DNA of 37,317 nt from positions 1 through 37,317 of the IMG/VR virus record IMGVR_UViG_3300042902_000028. One strand, written 5' to 3'. The stretch's first letter is position 1, and each line of letters begins with the position of its first letter. The notes beneath the pieces are model-generated. The model had not been told where the DNA came from and did no database searches. It saw only the letters and a program-made list of their open reading frames with translations. This DNA comes from a virus. Shown in pieces: positions 25,832 to 32,041 of this stretch. Made by a program: the position numbers and the translations under genes.

Positions 25832-25845
25832 TTAGGAATTCCTAA
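25832..25845. promoter_or_regulatory. Perfect 14-bp palindrome TTAGGAATTCCTAA in the leader of the leftward operon
   Basis: Read directly from the sequence. Related GAATTC-centred palindromes occur at 26015-26024 (AGGAATTCCT) and 26172-26179 (AGAATTCT). Confidence 0.6.
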
Positions 25846-25931
25846 TAAACTTATTAGAGATACTTAGTAATATATAATAATAATATAAATTATAACTACT
25901 AAGAACTTCTAATAATACTAAATAAGGAGGT

Positions 25932-25960
25932 ATTATAGCACGTATTTAACTTCTTGTCAA
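25932..25960 (-). promoter_or_regulatory. Consensus sigma70 promoter for the leftward (structural) operon
   Basis: The - strand reads TTGACA-agaagttaaatacgTGc-TATAAT: a 17-nt spacer with an extended -10 TG. It lies about 140 nt upstream of the 25792 start. Confidence 0.75.
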
Positions 25961-26051
25961 GCCTTATTTTATAACTTACTATTATATAAGGTTATTTAGT
26001 TTCTAGAAGTTCCTAGGAATTCCTTATCTGCGCATGTTAACTCTATTAGCC

Positions 26052-26071
26052 TGTGGATAACCTGTGGATAA
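26052..26071. promoter_or_regulatory. Two tandem perfect DnaA boxes (TGTGGATAA = complement of TTATCCACA)
   Basis: cTGTGGATAAccTGTGGATAAc: boxes at 26052-26060 and 26063-26071, head to tail with an 11-bp period. Confidence 0.8.
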
Positions 26072-26113
26072 CTTTATAATTAATTCTTTGGTAAATTATG
26101 TTCTCGATATCTT

Positions 26114-26160
26114 CTTAGTGGTTTCTTAGAATTTCCTTAGGGATTCCCTTAGGGGCTTCC
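26114..26160. repeat. Four helically phased direct repeats CTTAG-N3-5-TT(C)C (iteron-like)
   Basis: The units are CTTAGTGGTTT, CTTAGAATTTC, CTTAGGGATTCC and CTTAGGGGCTTCC. CTTAG starts at 26114, 26125, 26136 and 26148. Confidence 0.8.
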
Positions 26161-26293
26161 TTTTAAAACCTAGAATTCTCCTATTTTGTGGCTGGGGGTT
26201 ATACACAACTATAAGCCACACCACCTAGACCCCCTCCCCCCATGCAATTACTGTGCCAAACAAACTCTATGCAATTCTTATGCCATCCCTAGG

Positions 26294-26309
26294 TGGCATG
26301 GTACTTGCT
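26294..26309 (+). promoter_or_regulatory. Sigma54 (-24/-12)-like element
   Basis: TGGCATGgtacTTGCT against the consensus TGGCACG-N4-TTGCW: one mismatch, correct GG-to-GC spacing. Confidence 0.3.
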
Positions 26310-26384
26310 TAGAAGTTGAGAGGGAAGTGATGAGGTGGCACACCATTGGACTACCTTAGTATATCATTAGGATACTATTAGCAC

Positions 26385-26414
26385 TTGACAATGATACCTT
26401 GACTATGCTATTCG
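26385..26414 (+). promoter_or_regulatory. Possible early sigma70 promoter (weak -10)
   Basis: ACTTGACA..TGcTATTCG with an 18-nt spacer. Shares the ACTTGACA..TGCTATT layout with the next promoter but lacks the -7 T. Confidence 0.35.
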
Positions 26415-26478
26415 CGTGCATGCGCTTCTATATACTATGATACTGTTTAAACTAATTGTATTTAATTGTAATTAATAC

Positions 26479-26506
26479 TTGACACAATCTTTTATTATGC
26501 TATTAT
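26479..26506 (+). promoter_or_regulatory. Early sigma70 promoter (extended -10)
   Basis: TTGACA, a 16-nt spacer ending in TGc, then TATTAT. Confidence 0.7.
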
Positions 26507-26555
26507 GTATACAAGCTCGGCAATCAAGCCAAGGCAATCAAAAGGAAATAATAAC

Positions 26556-26834
26556 ATGTTAAAAGACACTTACAATCAATCAATGACTTCATTACTACGT
26601 GGCTTGATAGACTATAATTTTAAGCGAGTTATAGACAGACCTGCATACCTACATGTTACACTAACCAATAATATAATGGCTATTACCATCGAGATTGACA
26701 AAGCACGTAATAAAACTACGTTAGGCGCATACAATAAGCTTATTAACATGCCTCACAATGACAAAGTATTGTTTACTTCTTCAAGTACAACAAAGGCTAT
26801 GATTAATGCAGTTTATAACCATATTTATAAGTAA
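26556..26834 (+). CDS. Early hypothetical protein (92 aa, basic)
   Basis: The ATG at 26556 follows AAAGGAAA. The ATG at 26505 used by the ORF track lies inside the promoter -10, so I rejected it. Confidence 0.55.
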   Translation: MLKDTYNQSMTSLLRGLIDYNFKRVIDRPAYLHVTLTNNIMAITIEIDKARNKTTLGAYNKLINMPHNDKVLFTSSSTTKAMINAVYNHIYK

Positions 26835-26846
26835 AGTAATAAAAGC

Positions 26847-26874
26847 TTGACACAATAAAGAATAAGCGTATAAT
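26847..26874 (+). promoter_or_regulatory. Early sigma70 promoter
   Basis: TTGACA, 16-nt spacer, TATAAT. About 36 nt upstream of the 26911 ATG. Confidence 0.75.
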
Positions 26875-26910
26875 TAAACACACAAACAAACCAACAAAGG
26901 ATAATACCTA

Positions 26911-27207
26911 ATGAAACAATCAATCACACAATCTCAATTTATCGACGCCTTTCATAACATGGGACGTGGTGAACAATTCTCATACAACGGTCTTATAGCT
27001 CTTTATAACTACCTTGAAGATATGGAACAGGATACAGGTGAGGATATAGAGTTTGACGTCATAGCCCTATGTTGTGAGTGCACAGAGTACCAAGACCTCG
27101 AAGAGCTACAAGAAAACTATTCTAACATTGAGAGCATGGAAGAGCTTCAAGATAATACTATAGTTATTATGATAGATAGTGATAGCTTTATCATTCAAGA
27201 CTTTTAA
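26911..27207 (+). CDS. Strongly acidic early protein (98 aa)
   Basis: Runs such as EDMEQDTGEDIEFD and EYQDLEELQENYSNIESMEELQD. Has its own strong promoter and an AAAGGA RBS. Confidence 0.6.
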   Translation: MKQSITQSQFIDAFHNMGRGEQFSYNGLIALYNYLEDMEQDTGEDIEFDVIALCCECTEYQDLEELQENYSNIESMEELQDNTIVIMIDSDSFIIQDF

Positions 27208-27219
27208 GGGTAACATACA

Positions 27220-27399
27220 ATGAAGATATTATTAATATTAATACTAGCTTATGCCGTCGTCGATGTATTTGCTTCAAATATCAACATGGACGTTTATGCA
27301 GACCTAAAACAGGCTACACCATATCAGCACTGTGTCTATGCTTACAGCGGAACTCCTAACCTTGAGCAGTGTGCTTTATTACGACTAGATGGGGAATAA
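27220..27399 (+). CDS. Small protein with N-terminal signal-peptide-like segment (59 aa)
   Basis: Hand-translated as MKILLILILAYAVVDVFASNINMDVYADLKQATPYQHCVYAYSGTPNLEQCALLRLDGE. Confidence 0.4.
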   Translation: MKILLILILAYAVVDVFASNINMDVYADLKQATPYQHCVYAYSGTPNLEQCALLRLDGE

Positions 27400-27429
27400 A
27401 AATGAAAGTGCTTGGAGAGCTTAACTAAT

Positions 27430-27612
27430 ATGATAAAGTTAATAAACAATACTAACATGGTCAACGATACCACGTTGCATATCTTATATGGCCAGTTAAA
27501 TGCTACTGAGGGCATTAAATCTTGTCCACTTGGTAATGTACACTTTAGAGAGATTAAACCCGACACAATAGAAGCTACAGCTTCATTCAAAGACTTTGGA
27601 AGGCTGGACTGA
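27430..27612 (+). CDS. Hypothetical small protein (60 aa)
   Basis: The ATG at 27430 follows GGAGAG. The ORF track start at 27412 is a TTG. Confidence 0.4.
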   Translation: MIKLINNTNMVNDTTLHILYGQLNATEGIKSCPLGNVHFREIKPDTIEATASFKDFGRLD

Positions 27613-27713
27613 TGGTAGAATCTAAATACTGCACAACGTGCAACAAGAAAGCATACACCAACAAGCATATAATCTACTGTTTTACGTGTAGGCGTTTATC
27701 AGTCTTTAAATAA
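27612..27713 (+). CDS. Possible zinc-ribbon micro-protein (33 aa)
   Basis: Hand-translated as MVESKYCTTCNKKAYTNKHIIYCFTCRRLSVFK. TGATG overlap with the upstream stop. Confidence 0.3.
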   Translation: MVESKYCTTCNKKAYTNKHIIYCFTCRRLSVFK

Positions 27714-27806
27714 CATTACCCGCTACCCTTGCACACCTAATATGATTATAATGGCGTAGCGGGCTTGTGAGGTGGCTTAAAACTAACTTTATGAAGGTAA
27801 CACACT

Positions 27807-28034
27807 ATGAATATGCAACAGCACAATAAAAAGCTTAAACTCATAACCCAAATTGACAGCATGCTATCCATCATGGGAGAACCGCCAAGCCTTCTTAATC
27901 ACCTAGCGCATACATACAGCCTTGAGGCGATTAAGTATCAGCACGCGTTAATAGAGGAGCAATTACACTATTATAAAGAACCTAACATAAACTTTTATAT
28001 ACGTGATATACTAGAAGAGTTAAAAACAGCATGA
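27807..28034 (+). CDS. Hypothetical protein
   Basis: 75-aa ORF with GAAGG upstream. No motif recognised. Confidence 0.5.
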   Translation: MNMQQHNKKLKLITQIDSMLSIMGEPPSLLNHLAHTYSLEAIKYQHALIEEQLHYYKEPNINFYIRDILEELKTA

Positions 28035-28121
28035 AAACTATGCGCTTTAACTGTATTTGTGGTAACGTAGCGTATTACATTAATAACAGATGGTCGCATG
28101 ACACTAAAAGGAAGAATTAAA

Positions 28122-28403
28122 ATGATTATTACAAGCAAAGAAAAAACAAACAGCTTTAAACCTGTAGAGATTAATATTATTATAGAAAATATTGAAGAAG
28201 CTCAGGTTTGGTACTCTCTATTCGACAACCCAGTTATTAAGGAGATTATTGGATACGGAAATAGTGTGGATCTTAGAACAGGTTTAACAGAGTATTATTC
28301 ATGGGATGAGCATAAAAAGGTAGAGGCTGATTTTATTAAGGTGTTTTATGAAACATATAGAACAGTGTTATCAGGACTTATTGATAGTGAACTGGTAGGG
28401 TAG
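28122..28403 (+). CDS. Hypothetical protein
   Basis: 93 aa counted from the ATG at 28122, which is preceded by AAGGAAG. Confidence 0.5.
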   Translation: MIITSKEKTNSFKPVEINIIIENIEEAQVWYSLFDNPVIKEIIGYGNSVDLRTGLTEYYSWDEHKKVEADFIKVFYETYRTVLSGLIDSELVG

Positions 28404-28498
28404 CCTATCTTATACCATAATAATGGCTTAGAGAGCCTCTCAGGGGGCTTCTAGGGCATACAATAGCTTAAGCATCTCCCACAAAGGATATGACACAA

Positions 28499-28654
28499 AT
28501 GATTTTAATAGATGATATAGATGATAGTGAGTTTTATGACACACAATCTTATGATGAATATGACACAGGAATCGTCCTAGATGAAGACGACACGAACTGG
28601 AACTATAACGACGAAACAGAAGAAAGATTGATTATAATGCTTAGTGACATATAA
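28499..28654 (+). CDS. Highly acidic micro-protein (51 aa)
   Basis: Hand-translated as MILIDDIDDSEFYDTQSYDEYDTGIVLDEDDTNWNYNDETEERLIIMLSDI. AAAGGA lies about 10 nt upstream. An alternative ATG is at 28490. Confidence 0.45.
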   Translation: MILIDDIDDSEFYDTQSYDEYDTGIVLDEDDTNWNYNDETEERLIIMLSDI

Positions 28655-28656
28655 AT

Positions 28657-28685
28657 TTGACAAAGCCACAAAAATATGTTATTAT
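28657..28685 (+). promoter_or_regulatory. Sigma70 promoter (extended -10)
   Basis: TTGACA, a 17-nt spacer ending in TGt, then TATTAT. Confidence 0.65.
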
Positions 28686-28721
28686 ACTACCTTAGTAGGA
28701 ATTATTATAGGAGTTATTATT

Positions 28722-28856
28722 ATGAATTCTAAAATAAATAAAAATTTACAAGATTTAGTAATTAAACAAAAAGAGTTAAAAAAGAAACAAATAGAAGATG
28801 TAGGTTATTATTATCTTAATAGGGAACTGACCAAGGATTATCATTATGACTATTGA
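28722..28856 (+). CDS. Hypothetical small protein (44 aa)
   Basis: The ATG at 28722 is 8 nt after AGGAG. The longer GTG-initiated ORF (28644) would begin upstream of the promoter. Confidence 0.4.
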   Translation: MNSKINKNLQDLVIKQKELKKKQIEDVGYYYLNRELTKDYHYDY

Positions 28857-29184
28857 ACAGCAACTACTAGAAGTTAATGCACGAGTGGCTAGGCTTGAAC
28901 AGGCTATAAACACTCGTTACCCATCCGAAACTTGCAGCTGGGTTGGAGCATATCTAAATAATTTGAACAACGTACTCAATGAAAACCCTGCTCAATCCCT
29001 AGCACTACATGATGCTGATGTTAATAATAAATTATATGCCTTATTAGCAGATATTTCGGGTATGTGTATAGCTGAATTAGCTATGAACTACAAACTAGAT
29101 GCCCAATGTATAGGGCAAATGATTTATGAGGCTACTGGTATGACTGAGCCTGAACTACGCAACAGCGTTAAGGAAGGGAGGTGA
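28846..29184 (+). CDS. Hypothetical protein
   Basis: 112-aa ORF. No motif recognised. Confidence 0.55.
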   Translation: MTIEQQLLEVNARVARLEQAINTRYPSETCSWVGAYLNNLNNVLNENPAQSLALHDADVNNKLYALLADISGMCIAELAMNYKLDAQCIGQMIYEATGMTEPELRNSVKEGR

Positions 29185-29187
29185 GTG

Positions 29188-29460
29188 GTGGATAGCGTTA
29201 TTAGTTTAAATATAGAAGAACAGCCTTGCATAGCTTGTGGAGAGTCAACTGATACAGGGTGGGAATGTACAGTTTGCGGGCATGACTGCAAGGATTGGTA
29301 CTACCCAGAAGGAATCAAGCAACCACAACACACTGCAAAAGCAGAGTGCAAAGCTGGGAATCTTATTCCCGTAAACGGCACTTGTCCTTATTGCAATGCT
29401 GAGCCATTTAGTAAATGCGGTGGTAACCCTACAAGCAACCACCTTAAGGAAGGTGAGTAA
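29188..29460 (+). CDS. Cys-rich zinc-finger protein
   Basis: CIACG..CTVCGHDC and CPYCN..KCGG patterns. GTG starts at 29185 and 29188 follow GGGAGG. Confidence 0.5.
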   Translation: MDSVISLNIEEQPCIACGESTDTGWECTVCGHDCKDWYYPEGIKQPQHTAKAECKAGNLIPVNGTCPYCNAEPFSKCGGNPTSNHLKEGE

Positions 29461-29461
29461 G

Positions 29462-29854
29462 ATGACTAAAGAATATATGCCAGAAGTGGGTGAGGTTTGT
29501 GAATTTTATTTAGATGGTAAGTGGGAGGTTATAACAGTCCAGAGCATTACTTTTTTAATGGTAAATTTTACATTTGATGACAGTAAGCGGTGGGAGTTTT
29601 TAGCATTGTCAAGGTTCAGACCAATAAAAACCCAGCAAGACATTGAGCGTGAAGAAGCTATTCATTCTCTCGTTAAAATAATTAAAGATGACTATAAAAC
29701 CGATGCCGTTCTTGCAGCAAGAATTTTAAATTCAGGATATGTAAAGGTGGGTGATGAGGTTGGTAATAATTCTCTTTTCATGTTCAATATATCTAAACAC
29801 CATGCAGAGATACTTCTAAAGAACTTCAAAATCTACCCAAGAGGTGATGTATGA
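29462..29854 (+). CDS. Hypothetical protein
   Basis: 130 aa from the ATG at 29462, immediately after the upstream stop and an AAGGAAGGTGAG RBS. Confidence 0.55.
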   Translation: MTKEYMPEVGEVCEFYLDGKWEVITVQSITFLMVNFTFDDSKRWEFLALSRFRPIKTQQDIEREEAIHSLVKIIKDDYKTDAVLAARILNSGYVKVGDEVGNNSLFMFNISKHHAEILLKNFKIYPRGDV

Positions 29855-30201
29855 AACCAACACAAGAAGATCTACAGCTTAAATCAGATGATGAATTAGA
29901 CATTCTCTGTGCAGAAGCTCAGGGTTGGGAGTCATCAAAACAATACAATTGTTCGTGGATGGATGGGAGCAGCATAGCTTACTACAAAGATGAATATCAC
30001 CCAACCCAAAACACCACAGAAGGTAAAGCGCAGTGCTGGGATTTGGTGGTTAAGTACAAGCTGGATTTTGATGAGGAGCTTGGGGCATACTCTGTATGGA
30101 CAGAGAAAGAAAATGGAGACTTAATTGTGGATTATGTCGAGTATAAAAACCCACAGCGTGCAGTAGTCATGGCGGCAATATTGAGTTTGCAGGGAGAATA
30201 A
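29851..30201 (+). CDS. Hypothetical protein (possible phage ABA-sandwich domain)
   Basis: DELDILCAEAQGWES resembles the LDALVAE.VMGW opening of that domain. Weak assignment. Confidence 0.45.
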   Translation: MKPTQEDLQLKSDDELDILCAEAQGWESSKQYNCSWMDGSSIAYYKDEYHPTQNTTEGKAQCWDLVVKYKLDFDEELGAYSVWTEKENGDLIVDYVEYKNPQRAVVMAAILSLQGE

Positions 30202-30205
30202 CTAG

Positions 30206-30883
30206 ATGAAAGTAGAAGTAGTAGGAATTACACAATCACGTATCGAAGGTATTGATGATGCAATGGGTCTAGTAGCCTATTGCGCTCGGGTATCCAATCC
30301 TGATAACCAATTAAATAAGAATACAGCAGGGCTTCTTAAGTATTGTATTAAACACAAACATTTCTCTATCTTTGAAATGGTTAATGTGGTGATGAGCATT
30401 AAAACAACAAGGGATATTGGAAGACAGATATTAAGGCATAGGAGCTTCTCTTTTCAAGAGTTTAGCCAAAGGTACAGCACTACCTCACAAGTGATGGTAG
30501 AGCGCGAAGCAAGGCTACAGGATACGGTTAATAAACAGAATAGCTTGTTGTGTGAGGATGCTTTTGTAAAAAACCATTTTCTAGGATTACAGAGGCGCGT
30601 ATTTAATGATGCTTTAGAGGCTTACCAAGCCGCTTTAGCTGACGGAGTAGCAAAAGAACAAGCTAGAGCATTATTGCCAGAAGGTTTAACGCAAACCAAT
30701 ATGTATATGAATGGAACATTACGCTCTTGGCTAACATTTGTACAGGTACGTTGTGGGATAGAAACCCAGAAAGAGTGTAGAGATATAGCAAAAGAGGTTA
30801 CCCGATTATTAATAGTTGACTTCCCTTTTCTTTCTGACATACTAGCACCTTTATTAGAAGATAGTTATAGTGCAGAGGTTTAA
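30206..30883 (+). CDS. thyX: FAD-dependent thymidylate synthase
   Basis: The ThyX signature RHRSFSFQEFSQRY (RHRxxSxxxxSxR). 225 aa. Confidence 0.9.
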   Translation: MKVEVVGITQSRIEGIDDAMGLVAYCARVSNPDNQLNKNTAGLLKYCIKHKHFSIFEMVNVVMSIKTTRDIGRQILRHRSFSFQEFSQRYSTTSQVMVEREARLQDTVNKQNSLLCEDAFVKNHFLGLQRRVFNDALEAYQAALADGVAKEQARALLPEGLTQTNMYMNGTLRSWLTFVQVRCGIETQKECRDIAKEVTRLLIVDFPFLSDILAPLLEDSYSAEV

Positions 30884-31056
30884 TGAACAAACAAAACATT
30901 AGTAACGACAATGAAGCCAAGTTAAACTGGTATAAAAATGCTCTTAAAGCTGACCCAGATTTTAAGAACCTATCTGAGGATGACTTAGAAGAAGCGGCAC
31001 GAAGCATTATAGAAGCCTTTCAAATGTTAGAGGAAGACTTAAAAAAGAGGGTTTAA
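30883..31056 (+). CDS. Hypothetical small protein (57 aa)
   Basis: Hand-translated as MNKQNISNDNEAKLNWYKNALKADPDFKNLSEDDLEEAARSIIEAFQMLEEDLKKRV. TAATG overlap with the thyX stop. Confidence 0.4.
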   Translation: MNKQNISNDNEAKLNWYKNALKADPDFKNLSEDDLEEAARSIIEAFQMLEEDLKKRV

Positions 31057-31060
31057 GATT

Positions 31061-31300
31061 ATGAAAGAAATAAAAGAGCATTACCCACACATCCACAGGC
31101 ACTTGGGGCTACTGAATAAAGAGCCAGCAGTCCATACGGTAAACTATATCAGGTCTATTACAATATATGAGTTGACTGAGGATAGAAAAGATAGTAGAAT
31201 GGGGTTTAATTATGAAGCTTTCAAGGAGCTACTTCATAAACTTGAGGAAGTGATAGGTGATAATTATGAAATTGAAACAACAAAGCACCCAGAAAGGTAA
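31061..31300 (+). CDS. Hypothetical protein
   Basis: 79-aa ORF. No motif recognised. Confidence 0.5.
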   Translation: MKEIKEHYPHIHRHLGLLNKEPAVHTVNYIRSITIYELTEDRKDSRMGFNYEAFKELLHKLEEVIGDNYEIETTKHPER

Positions 31301-31304
31301 TAGC

Positions 31305-32036
31305 ATGATTAATTTAATGCAAGGTGACTGCCTTGAGCGTATGAAAGAAATTCCTGATGGTTCGGTTGATATGATTTTGGCAGACCCGCCATACGGCACG
31401 ACTGCGTGTAAGTGGGATTCAGTTATTCCACTAGAGCCAATGTGGGAGCAGTTGAAGCGGGTTATTAAGCCTAATGGCGCTATTGTTATGACTGCTAGCC
31501 AGCCTTTTACCAGTCTACTCATAACTTCAAACTTAAAAATGTTTAAGTATGATTGGACTTGGCAGAAACCTAAAGGGACGGGGCATTTGAACGCTAAAAA
31601 ACAACCTATGCGTGATAAAGAAGATATTGTAGTTTTCTACTCAAAGCAATGTATCTATAACCCGCAAATGACAAAAGGCGAGCCTTACAAGGATAAGGCA
31701 GGTAAAGACCACAGTAGCAGTACCAGTATGACTAATATCTATGGAGCATACACTAATAAAAGAGAGACTAATGATGGCTTTAGATACCCGAAACAGATTC
31801 AAAGTTTCCCAGTCGTTGAGAGGGGGACAGTCCATCCTACTCAAAAGCCTGTTGCCCTTATGGAATATATGGTTAGCACGTACACCAACGAAGGAGAGAC
31901 TGTTTTAGATTTTACAATGGGCAGTGGCACGACAGGTGTAGCTTGTGTAAACTTAAATCGTAAGTTTATTGGAATTGAATTAGATGAGACTTATTTTAAC
32001 ATAGCTAAAGAAAGGATTGAGCAAACAGAGGCTTAG
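31305..32036 (+). CDS. Beta-class DNA methyltransferase (probably N6-adenine), orphan
   Basis: Motif IV ILADPPYG near the N-terminus and motif I VLDFTMGSGTTGVAC near the C-terminus. No adjacent restriction endonuclease ORF. Confidence 0.85.
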   Translation: MINLMQGDCLERMKEIPDGSVDMILADPPYGTTACKWDSVIPLEPMWEQLKRVIKPNGAIVMTASQPFTSLLITSNLKMFKYDWTWQKPKGTGHLNAKKQPMRDKEDIVVFYSKQCIYNPQMTKGEPYKDKAGKDHSSSTSMTNIYGAYTNKRETNDGFRYPKQIQSFPVVERGTVHPTQKPVALMEYMVSTYTNEGETVLDFTMGSGTTGVACVNLNRKFIGIELDETYFNIAKERIEQTEA

Positions 32037-32041
32037 TAACT

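Noticed and set aside
26075-26080. TATAAT hexamer immediately after the DnaA boxes as a promoter -10
   Set aside because: The sequence 17 nt upstream is TGTGGA, which is part of a DnaA box and a poor -35. There is no TGn. It cannot be called a promoter on sequence alone, although DnaA-modulated transcription here is conceivable.
27342-27668. 108-aa - strand ORF across the early small-gene cluster
   Set aside because: It is on the opposite strand to every promoter and gene in this module. The sequence is hydrophobic with no RBS. The + strand small ORFs show start/stop coupling and are the better explanation.
28420-28460. Possible terminator hairpin GAGCC-tctcaggg-GGCTT after the 28122-28403 gene
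   Set aside because: The stem is only 5 bp including a G-U pair, and no T-tract follows. That is insufficient to call.
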